64,000 nucleotides of DNA from Candidatus Oxydemutatoraceae bacterium. Its GTDB lineage: Bacteria; Pseudomonadota; Gammaproteobacteria; Poriferisulfidales; Oxydemutatoraceae. The position numbers and the translations under genes are program-made. Under the pieces are notes generated by a model. It was not told the origin of the DNA and made no database searches. It saw only the letters and a program-made list of their open reading frames with translations. This document shows positions 10,727-19,424 of this stretch, in pieces. The stretch covers positions 1,152,001 to 1,216,000 of the forward strand of contig CBDCOZ010000003.1 of NCBI GenBank assembly GCA_965220085.1, in the 5' to 3' direction. Numbering within the stretch: position 1 is the stretch's first letter; each line of letters opens with the position of its first letter.

Positions 10727-11207
10727 CACTTGCATAGCAAGGGACTGTCGCAGTCCCCAAGCGACAAGTGATCGCGATGGGTACGCCATTGCCGAGCGCC
10801 GCCTCGCGCCTGACTGATGCAGTGTCGGGGTTGCGCTGTCGAGGTCATAAAACAATCCGCAAACAATTCTGCCGCCATCGCCATCTTGCGCAAGTGCTGG
10901 CGCAAGCGCACACACCCTATTGCCGTTGCCCGGCATATTTCTCGCTACCGCCACACGGCCTGCGTCCCGTGCTCATTTTCTCGCCCGCAGGTTCCGCTAT
11001 CGCGCATAGATCCGTCTTCCCAAACGCCTTCCGCCCGCCCCTGCGAAGGCGTTCATCCGAGCGCCCCGTATGCCCCCCGCAAGCCGGGAAAGCTATTTAG
11101 AATATAGCGGCGCACATGGCGGCCGCAAACAAGAGGGGCATTCTGTGGTAGACTTCTAAGTTAGAACTTTGCTTTTGCTTAGTTAAAAAATAGATTTAAG
11201 GAGGGAA

Positions 11208-12488
11208 ATGATGATAAGAAAAATTCATATCACACCAATTAAAAAATTGTCCTTAGGGCTGGGTTGCATGATGATGCTCCTGGTTACATCCGCTTTTGCG
11301 GGGCCTAAGGTTACGCACGAAGTAGTTTTATCCGATTTGAGCAACCCATGGGACATGGCGTTTCTGCCGGATGGAACGATGTTCTTTACCGAGAAATGCG
11401 ACGGGCTGTCCGTGCTCATGCCATCGGGCAATGTAAACAAATTGCTCGGCATGAAAGATTCCAAGGGCTATGCCAGTTCTGCGAACGATCTCTTTTGCGC
11501 GGGTCAAGCGGGCATGCAAGGCGTGGCCGTCGATCCGGATTTCGCAAAGAATCGTCAGATATATGTCTATTCGACATCCGACAAGGCGGCGCCCGGCTCA
11601 AATCGCCTAATGCGCTTCAAAGTGAATGGCAGTTTCACCGGCGTATCCGACCGGACGGACATTATTCCTGATGTTCCGTATAAGCCCAAAGCGACCGAGC
11701 ATCCGTTCGGAGGGCCCGGCGCGCATAACGGCGGTCGTGTCCGCTTTGGACCGGATGGGTATATCTACCAAACGACCGGCGACACGCACAACGGCGTAGT
11801 GCCGCAAAGTCCGACCATGCTGGGCGGCAAGGTGCTCCGAGTTGACCGCGACGGCAAAGCGGCATCCGGCAACAAGCCGCCGAAAGGTTACGACAAGCGC
11901 ATCTATACCTACGGCCATCGCAACGTGCAAGGCATCGCTTTTCGTCCGAGCGACGGAACGCCGGTGGTAGCCGAACACGGCCCCTGGCACACCGATGAAA
12001 TCACGGTGCTCAAAAACGGCGGCAACGCCGGTTGGGACCCGCGTCCCAACATGGCGGGTCGCGGCGATTGTCCGGAAGGTTACTGCGGTTATATGCCGAA
12101 CCAGATGGAAGGCGTAGATCCCAAGGTACGGTCAAAGTTTATGCCGATGACCGACACCAAGACCTACCCCGACGCAATGCGCCCGGCGACTACGAACAAC
12201 GGCCTCTCCCAAGGCATGTCCAGCGCGGAATTCCTGCGCGGCAGCCAGTGGGGCGAATGGGACGGTCGTCTCGCTGTCGGCATTATGGGTATCGGCTTTG
12301 GCGGAACGCCGGTCGGTCAACGCATAGATGTGGTCAAGCTTGCCTCGGACGGCATGTCCGGCGAAGTGACCTCGGTGTCCTTGCCCATGGCGGCCGGTCG
12401 CTTCCGGTCTGTCGTGCAGGGGCCGGATGGCAGCCTGTATGCGGCTGTGGACGAAGGCACAATCTACAAATTAACACCTAAGAAGTAA
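11208..12488 (+). CDS. PQQ-dependent sugar dehydrogenase (GSDH / soluble aldose dehydrogenase family)
   Basis: Signal peptide; LSNPWDMAFLPDG, HNGGRVRFGPDG, IYTYGHRNVQG, GRFRSVVQGPDGSLY. Confidence 0.9.
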   Translation: MMIRKIHITPIKKLSLGLGCMMMLLVTSAFAGPKVTHEVVLSDLSNPWDMAFLPDGTMFFTEKCDGLSVLMPSGNVNKLLGMKDSKGYASSANDLFCAGQAGMQGVAVDPDFAKNRQIYVYSTSDKAAPGSNRLMRFKVNGSFTGVSDRTDIIPDVPYKPKATEHPFGGPGAHNGGRVRFGPDGYIYQTTGDTHNGVVPQSPTMLGGKVLRVDRDGKAASGNKPPKGYDKRIYTYGHRNVQGIAFRPSDGTPVVAEHGPWHTDEITVLKNGGNAGWDPRPNMAGRGDCPEGYCGYMPNQMEGVDPKVRSKFMPMTDTKTYPDAMRPATTNNGLSQGMSSAEFLRGSQWGEWDGRLAVGIMGIGFGGTPVGQRIDVVKLASDGMSGEVTSVSLPMAAGRFRSVVQGPDGSLYAAVDEGTIYKLTPKK

Positions 12489-12588
12489 TACTCTGTCTCT
12501 GCCGCGCTGCCCGACGGTGCGGCAGAGATTCTTCTCGCAGCAATTCTCAACCATACCTGCTAACACACGATCTCTTGCGGTTTCATCA

Positions 12589-12942
12589 ATGAAGATATTG
12601 ACCTTTTTTGTTTTTGTTTTGACGCTGATGCCGAACGCAGCGTTGGCCGAAGAGCGCGCGCCGGACAAGATGCCGACCGAGGCGATGGATACCGACACCG
12701 CGGCAAAAAAGTTTGCCGAGGTGTGTTCCAAGTGTCATGGCCCGACCGGACGAGGGATGGCCAGCTTCCCGCGGCTATCGGACAAAGAGAAAGATTATCT
12801 CGCCAACAGACTCAAGCAGTACCGAGCCGGAGAAAAGGTGGGGCCCAATACTCCTCTGATGGCTCCGCATGCGGTCAATTTGACCGACGCCGAAATCGAC
12901 GGTTTCGCGACTTACATCTCCGCAGTCTTGTCAACCAAGTAA
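12589..12942 (+). CDS. Periplasmic monoheme class I cytochrome c (c553/c4-like)
   Basis: Signal peptide, CSKCH heme motif, FPRL, YL..RLKQYR, distal Met. Confidence 0.9.
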   Translation: MKILTFFVFVLTLMPNAALAEERAPDKMPTEAMDTDTAAKKFAEVCSKCHGPTGRGMASFPRLSDKEKDYLANRLKQYRAGEKVGPNTPLMAPHAVNLTDAEIDGFATYISAVLSTK

Positions 12943-12984
12943 GGCCTAATGCCCCGCTAAGTCAGGCAACATAGCCTGACTGTA

Positions 12985-13110
12985 TCAGTATCCGCGCCTG
13001 CGTCCCCGGTTGAAGGGCATCTCCGCTAAGATGGTCGCGCGGCGGCAATCGGATGTGGTTTGCAGGGTCGCACAAGCGATTCCCGGCAGGGTTTTCATGC
13101 CGGATTAAGG
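12985..13110 (+). pseudogene. Degenerate copy of the 3' end of the LuxR-HTH gene
   Basis: Aligns with 13478-13603 (e.g. GCGCGGCGGCAATCGGATGTGG vs GCGCGGCGGCAATCAGATATGG). Confidence 0.7.
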
Positions 13111-13186
13111 CTATTTCCCGCTATCTTTGGCATTTTTGCTCGCTACAGTGCCGGCGAATCGCCGTGATATGTGTCAAGTAATTGGC

Positions 13187-13304
13187 AAATATACCTCATT
13201 TGGGGTATGTCTGGCATGCCATTCTGGCCAGAAACAACAAGCATCGATTCTAGGCAAATATACCCCATTTGAGGGATATACAGCATGCCACAGAAACATA
13301 CCAT
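13187..13304 (+). promoter_or_regulatory. Two copies of the ATAC(C/T)CCA-tt-TG(G/A)GG palindrome, the second with a -10-like TACCAT
   Basis: Cores at 13187-13210 and 13256-13278; TACCAT at 13299. Confidence 0.7.
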
Positions 13305-13332
13305 TAAAGACATAGCATACGGAAAAACCCAT

Positions 13333-13602
13333 ATGTCAGAAGAAGTAATAGATTTAACCAAGGAAGCTGCCAGTGAGCACCTGATTCGTATGTACGGCCT
13401 GACCAAAGCCGAAGCACGTCTCGCATTGGAAGTGACCGGAGGGCTGTTGCTGAAGGAGATTTCAGCAAGACGCAATATCAGTATCCATACTCTGCGCACC
13501 CACTTGAAGAGTATCTTCGTTAAGATGAAGGCGCGGCGGCAATCAGATATGGTGCGCAAAGTCATGCAAGCGACTTCCGGCGGGATTTTCAAGTCGGACT
13601 AA
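13333..13602 (+). CDS. Stand-alone LuxR-family helix-turn-helix protein (no sensor domain)
   Basis: YGLTKAEARLA...G..LKEIS..RNISIHTLRTHLKSIFVKM..RRQSDMV; start at 13333 chosen because it lies downstream of the predicted promoter. Confidence 0.85.
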   Translation: MSEEVIDLTKEAASEHLIRMYGLTKAEARLALEVTGGLLLKEISARRNISIHTLRTHLKSIFVKMKARRQSDMVRKVMQATSGGIFKSD

Positions 13603-13821
13603 GAACTGCTGTTTATTGTCTGGCGTTGAAACTTGCCCGGCGACAAGCGCCGGCAGATGCCGAGGTATGTCCGGTGTGGTCGCAATGGCGGAAGAACTTT
13701 GCGATCGCTACGGTGCGCCGGCGGATGCCGAGATGTGGTCAAGCAACCGGGAGATTTGCCAACGATGGAAGTTGTGATCGACGGCTTGAACGCGCGATGC
13801 CGAGATATGCGTCAGGTAATT

Positions 13822-13874
13822 GGGAAATATACCCCATTTGGGTGATGTCCGGGCAGGCGGAGAAGGTATATCAT
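13822..13874 (+). promoter_or_regulatory. Conserved palindromic box plus -10 (TATCAT) upstream of haloperoxidase 1
   Basis: GGGAAATATACCCCATTTGGGTGATG; TATCAT at 13869. Confidence 0.75.
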
Positions 13875-14011
13875 GAAAAACATAGCCTAAGTACATTTGA
13901 GCTTGGGAGGAGGCGCGCCGGACAATGGCAATATCTGAATATTTAACTGCTATACCGAGCCAGGCTAGAAACCCTGCTCTTACTAATTTATCTTATCGGA
14001 GGTAAAAAATT

Positions 14012-15916
14012 ATGAAAGATCGTCAACAAGCAACTTTTGATTTCCGTGTGAATGCCGCCAAGCTTGCTCGGGATCGTAACCATCCTGAGCACAGAGCAAA
14101 CGGCGAGGAACAACGATACGCAGGCGCAAACTATGCGATGAGCTTCACCAAAGGACTGAAGCATAACCGTAAAACCGGACTTATCTGTGACCCGACGCAT
14201 TTTGAGGCTTTCCGCAAAGCCATAGATGATGCTTTTATAGATCCCTTCACGCTCAATGTGCCGGTAGCTCCGGAGAAAAGAAGAGGTTGGGAAGCGCCGA
14301 CGGCCGGGGTAGCACACGATCTTGAAGGTCCCGATGCCCAAGCGGTGACTATGCCGCCGGCTCCGGAACTTGGTTCAAAAGAGCTCGCTTATGAGATGGC
14401 CGAAGTTTATGAGATGGCCTTGCTCCGAGACAATCCGTTGACTCAATTTCAAACACCAGCCGGAAACCCGCCACCGCCACCGCCAGTTGCGGCCACAATC
14501 GGTCGATTGAATGGTATTGATTATGCGATTGATGGCAGCGAAGGTCGCCCCCGAAAGAACACGAAAGGCGCATTGGATGAGCAGACCCTTTTCCGAGGCT
14601 CTTCGCCGGGTGTTGAGGCCGGGCCCTACTTGTCGCAATTTCTGCTAATTGGCGGCGGATGTTTGGAAGAAGATGTCGAAAGCGGGATGATTGATTATGG
14701 CGCTAATAGCATTGATCAGAGGGTTCCCGTAGCAAGCAAAGAGGATTATATGACCGAGAAAGATGATTACATTGATGTCCAAAATGGCGCAAATCCTTGT
14801 TTCGATAACGGTTGCGAATGCGATGATGCGGATGACAAATCATGCGGGTGCGGCAATGCCGAAGACGGGTGCAACGATGATTGCCGTTGCAGTAATCCAT
14901 GTGTGTGTGATCCTTGCTTGCGCGGGGATTGTCTTGGCGTAACGCTTGACCCGGACGCAAACCCGAAACGTCGTTTTATTTCAACTCCGCGTGATTTGGC
15001 AACCTATGTGCACGTTGATGCTCTGTATCAGGCCTATCTCAATGCGTGCATTATCTTGCTGAACAGCAAAGTGCCGTTTGACCCGGGGTTTGGCGCATTG
15101 TCCGGACAAGCGCCGCTATACCATTTGGGCTCTAAGAACCGGCGGCAGGCAGAAGGCTTTGCGCTCTACGGCGGCCCGCATGTATTGACTTTGGTGACCG
15201 AGGTGGCGACTCGTGCGCTTAAAGCAGTGCGCTATCAGAAGTTTAATAACCATTTGCGCTTGCGCCCGGAAGCATTGGCGGCGCGCATTCACTACAGAGA
15301 GAATATTCGTAAGAAAGTTTGCCCTGATTTTGGTAAGAAACTGACTACAGACTTGTACGCGCGTATTGGAGGTACGGTAGCAGCAATTTCCGGTCAGTCT
15401 GGGACTGAATTATTACCCATGGCTTTCAAAGAAGGTTCGCCGATGCATCCATCCTATGGCGCCGGACATGCTACCGTAGCCGGAGCCTGTGTCACCGTGC
15501 TAAAAGCATTTTTTGATACGAGCACAGTCTTCGTCAAAAGGAAAGTTAAATCGAAATCAGAGCCAGAGGAAGCAAGCACAGTAGTCGCTTTTCGCCGGTG
15601 CAAACGCGGCGACGAGCCCATAGCGTACACCTCAGACTTCAACATTGGTAAAGGAGTTGGAAATGAATTGGTGGAATCAAATCCTGATAAATTCCTCACG
15701 TTGGAAGGGGAGTTAAACAAGTTGGCCGCCAATATTTCTATTGCGCGCAACATGGCGGGTGTGCATTATTTTTCTGACTACTATGACAGCGTGCGTATGG
15801 GCGAGGAAATTGCCATTGGCATACTAGAAGAGCAAGCGCTTGGTTACCCGACCGACCGTTTTGTGATGTCGTTGACTACATTTGACGGCCGCTCCATACG
15901 CATCGGACGACGGTAA
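14012..15916 (+). CDS. Vanadium-dependent haloperoxidase (red-algal/cyanobacterial bromoperoxidase-like)
   Basis: RYQKFNNHLRLRPE, HPSYGAGHATVAGACVT, ELNKLAANISIARNMAGVHYFSD vanadate-binding motifs. Confidence 0.93.
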   Translation: MKDRQQATFDFRVNAAKLARDRNHPEHRANGEEQRYAGANYAMSFTKGLKHNRKTGLICDPTHFEAFRKAIDDAFIDPFTLNVPVAPEKRRGWEAPTAGVAHDLEGPDAQAVTMPPAPELGSKELAYEMAEVYEMALLRDNPLTQFQTPAGNPPPPPPVAATIGRLNGIDYAIDGSEGRPRKNTKGALDEQTLFRGSSPGVEAGPYLSQFLLIGGGCLEEDVESGMIDYGANSIDQRVPVASKEDYMTEKDDYIDVQNGANPCFDNGCECDDADDKSCGCGNAEDGCNDDCRCSNPCVCDPCLRGDCLGVTLDPDANPKRRFISTPRDLATYVHVDALYQAYLNACIILLNSKVPFDPGFGALSGQAPLYHLGSKNRRQAEGFALYGGPHVLTLVTEVATRALKAVRYQKFNNHLRLRPEALAARIHYRENIRKKVCPDFGKKLTTDLYARIGGTVAAISGQSGTELLPMAFKEGSPMHPSYGAGHATVAGACVTVLKAFFDTSTVFVKRKVKSKSEPEEASTVVAFRRCKRGDEPIAYTSDFNIGKGVGNELVESNPDKFLTLEGELNKLAANISIARNMAGVHYFSDYYDSVRMGEEIAIGILEEQALGYPTDRFVMSLTTFDGRSIRIGRR

Positions 15917-15978
15917 GCAGCACTGAAAAAACCAAATGAAAAAATTATTTCTTATAACAAACAAATCTGGAGACTAAC

Positions 15979-17079
15979 ATGAAAAAATTATTTTTTATTG
16001 GCCTATCTTTTGTCGCCCTGTTGCTGATGACAGCATCAGTGTCGGCTGAACACCTATGCAGAGGAGGTTGCGCATGCCTCGCTAGTAACCCCCTGTGTGA
16101 ACCTTCTTGCGATAACGATGTAAATTGTGTCTTCCGTGGCCATGAAGGCGGCGGCAACGGCAGCGGAGGCGGCGGCGGCAACGGTAGCGGAGGCGGCGAA
16201 GATTTCGTCGAGTGCCGAGCGCCTGCTGTGAACCACTCCGGTACTACATTCGTCGACTTTTACCAAAATTGCGAAGACTGCCGCAACAATCATGGTGGCA
16301 TATGCCAACCATTTGGTGACCGCAGTTGCCCGACCGGCTTCTCTCCGATTGAAGTGAGTCCAGGCACCTCCCGCCATTGCGTAACCAGCGCCGGCGGTGT
16401 CGAGGGCGACTACTGCCTGCAAGATGTCAGTAATAGAATTGAAGTTGTATCCGGTTACTCTTGCCATCAATGCCGCACCCTGTTTGACGGCAGCTGCCGC
16501 ACAAGCCAAAGTTGCCCCGCCGGCTACAGTAGAGATGAGAGCGTCACCGGCTTCTTTTGCACCCGTGGCGGCGGTAGCGGCGGAGGCGGTGGCGGCGGTA
16601 ACGATACCCACCCGCATCGCAATAGCGCAAGCCAACTGCAAATAGGAAGGAGCGCCTCAGGATCTGTCTCGATGCCGGGGGATGTCAATTACACCCGTGT
16701 CACACTGTCTAGGCGGATGTTTGTTACTATTCAAACCACCGGCGGAACTGACACAGTGGGACGACTGGAAAACAGTTCGGGCGGAGTGTTGATTACTAAC
16801 GATGACGGTGGCTCAACCCCTAATTTCAGCATTAGCGGAGTTCTTGAGCCAGGTACTTACTACATCAGAGTTTCAGGCTATGAGAATACGACAGGCAATT
16901 ACATGCTGACCACAACTGGCCGCGAACCCCGTGATGGTGATCCGGTCATCAGTAGCAGCGGCGGCGGCGGAGGCGGCGGCGGAGGCGCTCTGTCACTGGC
17001 CGCGTTGCTCGCGCTGTTGAGTCTTGTCGCGGTTGCGGCGATGCATCGTCGCGCAAGTCTTTTGCGCAGACAACCTTGA
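15979..17079 (+). CDS. Cys-rich secreted protein with PPC-like domain and GlyGly-CTERM anchor
   Basis: Signal peptide, Cys-rich modules with Gly linkers, DTVGRL...NDDGG...LEPGTYYIRV, poly-Gly/TM/basic tail. Confidence 0.75.
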   Translation: MKKLFFIGLSFVALLLMTASVSAEHLCRGGCACLASNPLCEPSCDNDVNCVFRGHEGGGNGSGGGGGNGSGGGEDFVECRAPAVNHSGTTFVDFYQNCEDCRNNHGGICQPFGDRSCPTGFSPIEVSPGTSRHCVTSAGGVEGDYCLQDVSNRIEVVSGYSCHQCRTLFDGSCRTSQSCPAGYSRDESVTGFFCTRGGGSGGGGGGGNDTHPHRNSASQLQIGRSASGSVSMPGDVNYTRVTLSRRMFVTIQTTGGTDTVGRLENSSGGVLITNDDGGSTPNFSISGVLEPGTYYIRVSGYENTTGNYMLTTTGREPRDGDPVISSSGGGGGGGGGALSLAALLALLSLVAVAAMHRRASLLRRQP

Positions 17080-17187
17080 TACCGCTCTGTAGAGGATATG
17101 ACAAATATAATTAAGAGAGACGAAAGCAAACCATACTCTTAACCCTCTGAGTAAGAAACAGTCAGATACTCTGATTGGTTGTGCCCT

Positions 17188-17221
17188 GAGCCACGGTACC
17201 GCCGGTGCCGTGGCTTTTTTA
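17188..17221 (+). terminator. Intrinsic terminator
   Basis: AGCCACGGTACC-G-C-CGGTGCCGTGGCT followed by a T-run. Confidence 0.8.
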
Positions 17222-17344
17222 TGTTGCGAGATCCGCTATCCGCAAAGCGCAGAACAGCAATAAGGAAACCGGACTATTGTCTCTGGCGTTGGAACTTGCC
17301 CGCAACAGGTGCTAACGGGTGTCAAGATTATGTATCAGGCAACC

Positions 17345-17396
17345 GGGAAATATACCCCATTTGGGGGATGTACAACATGTGGCGGAAGTGTAGTAT
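17345..17396 (+). promoter_or_regulatory. Conserved palindromic box plus -10 (TAGTAT)
   Basis: GGGAAATATACCCCATTTGGGGGATG; TAGTAT at 17391. Confidence 0.75.
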
Positions 17397-17436
17397 CTAC
17401 TGAAACATAAATATTAATTAAGGGAAGGCTTTTCAA

Positions 17437-19383
17437 ATGAACTTACGAAATAGATATTGTGTTAAGCGAGGGAAATTGCTGAGGCTATTCATTCCATCGT
17501 TCAGATGTAGTTTTAACAGTCGGGCGAGACTTTGCTGGCTATTGTTAGCGTGTTCGCTTTTTATGACTGCGTGTGGTTGGAGCTACAAAGATGAAGGGGC
17601 AATTGACTATCGCAAAGCTGAGATTTTAGTTAAGGATGGGAAAGCCATACTTGAACCTACCGCTTTCACGAACAAACCATCACAACCGCGTAATGAACAG
17701 CCGCGTAACGAACAACATGAGCTCATCCGTGTCGCGCGTCTGGACCGAAAAAATGTGTTACATGATAGCAGTGAAACAAAATTTTCTGATGACGACGCAA
17801 TTTGTATAAGACTTATATCTGCTTATATCGAGGAATATTCAGAAGGCCCACTCAGTATAGTAGGGGATGCTTTCTTTAAAGGACAATTCCGACCAAGAGG
17901 GGAAATTGCTGTTGTTGTCAATGCTTTTAAGATTACAGATGAAAAGAGTTTTGACTTTAGCGATGACAGTATAAATGAGGGGAAAATAGTTTTTTACTCT
18001 GATGATGTTGTTGAAGGGCAATTTCTAAATTTTAACAATATGCCTATTTATGGCCCCTACTCCGTCGATAAAATGAGAGGCATGGGTTTGGAGATATGGA
18101 TTATGGAGTTGGATATACAAGATGCGCTAACCGGCAAACTACTTGAGACCATAGCCGCACAAAGAGGGAAAGGAGTACTCACTGCATTGCCCGGGCATAC
18201 TATCTTGGAATCTTTAGGGAGCACTTTAATAAATTCTGTTAATACTGATAATTCTAATGACACCGATTTTCTCTATCGAGTTTTATTGGAACGCAAAGAA
18301 AACGCAATACTGCCGTATCCCGCTTTGGAGGTTGGGCATTATGTGTTTATTCGTGCCCCTCGAGGTAACGAAATATCCGGAATGCCTCTGGAACTTCCAG
18401 CTATCGAAGATATCAAAGATATCAGAAATATACTGGAAACCAAAGATATCAATTGGGCAAATTTGCGCCTTGATGAAAATACTGGACGATTATATAAAGC
18501 AGAGTGTGAGGACAATAACAACGATGTCGGAAAGGGTGCCAAAGATAGTCAGGAGAATAATAATAACAATGTGTCCGGAAAGAATGCCAAAGATAGTCAG
18601 GAGAATAATAACAACAATGTGTCCGGAAAGAGTGCCAAAGGTAGTCAGGAGAATAACAACAACAATGTGTCCGGAAAGAGTGCCAAAGGTAGCCAGGAGA
18701 ATAACAACAACAATAAGCCCGGAAATGGCGCCAAAGATAGTCAGAAAGGTAGTAAGAAAGGTGACAGCAAATGCAAATACCGAGAGTTCACAGATTATAA
18801 TTACTTAGTTATTAAGATTGACAAAGGTTCGGGCGACAATTTAAGTATCGTAAATAAAGCCTATGGTGATTTCACACGAGCTTTAAAAGCATCGGAGCTT
18901 AAGCGCAGTCGTAAAATCATAGATCGGGTTAACTTGAATGCGAGATTATCTGACCTTAAAGAGAAGTTTAGAAAGTATCGTAAAGATCATAAAGACAAGG
19001 CTGTTGATAATAAAGCTGATCTGGTGGCCTCCTTTAAACTTCTGTGGGCGGATATTCAGCCCTCTATAATGCAACATCGGTCGCCTAATAATCAAGCGGC
19101 GGTTGAACCTCCGGACTTTACGCGACGAGAATTAGAGGAGGTTGCCATTGAATTAGAGAGACAGATGGTCAAGACCTGTACCCCTAATGGCGACACTACT
19201 TCTAGTGGCAATAGTAGTCCGTACGATTGGTTTCCCTCTACACAGGAGACGCGTACCGAAACTGAGATTATCGACGCTATCAAAAATATCGAAACTAAAA
19301 TAGTTAAGCATATAAACGCCTGCATGCCGGTCAGCAGCAAACCTTCTTCAATCTCCACAAATTCTTCCCAAACAGGCAGTTAA
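17437..19383 (+). CDS. Hypothetical lipoprotein with Asn-rich 20-aa tandem repeats
   Basis: Lipobox-like FMTAC; long AT-rich ORF. Confidence 0.7.
   Translation: MNLRNRYCVKRGKLLRLFIPSFRCSFNSRARLCWLLLACSLFMTACGWSYKDEGAIDYRKAEILVKDGKAILEPTAFTNKPSQPRNEQPRNEQHELIRVARLDRKNVLHDSSETKFSDDDAICIRLISAYIEEYSEGPLSIVGDAFFKGQFRPRGEIAVVVNAFKITDEKSFDFSDDSINEGKIVFYSDDVVEGQFLNFNNMPIYGPYSVDKMRGMGLEIWIMELDIQDALTGKLLETIAAQRGKGVLTALPGHTILESLGSTLINSVNTDNSNDTDFLYRVLLERKENAILPYPALEVGHYVFIRAPRGNEISGMPLELPAIEDIKDIRNILETKDINWANLRLDENTGRLYKAECEDNNNDVGKGAKDSQENNNNNVSGKNAKDSQENNNNNVSGKSAKGSQENNNNNVSGKSAKGSQENNNNNKPGNGAKDSQKGSKKGDSKCKYREFTDYNYLVIKIDKGSGDNLSIVNKAYGDFTRALKASELKRSRKIIDRVNLNARLSDLKEKFRKYRKDHKDKAVDNKADLVASFKLLWADIQPSIMQHRSPNNQAAVEPPDFTRRELEEVAIELERQMVKTCTPNGDTTSSGNSSPYDWFPSTQETRTETEIIDAIKNIETKIVKHINACMPVSSKPSSISTNSSQTGS
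18510..18750 (+). repeat. In-frame 60-bp tandem repeat, about 4 copies (NNNNNVSGKSAKGSQE)
   Basis: GAGAATAA..AACAATGTGTCCGGAAAGA.TGCCAAAG.TAG.CAG recurs every 60 bp. Confidence 0.9.
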
Positions 19384-19424
19384 AGCGTTCATTTCGTGTG
19401 TGTTGACAATCAGTCGAAGGAGAA

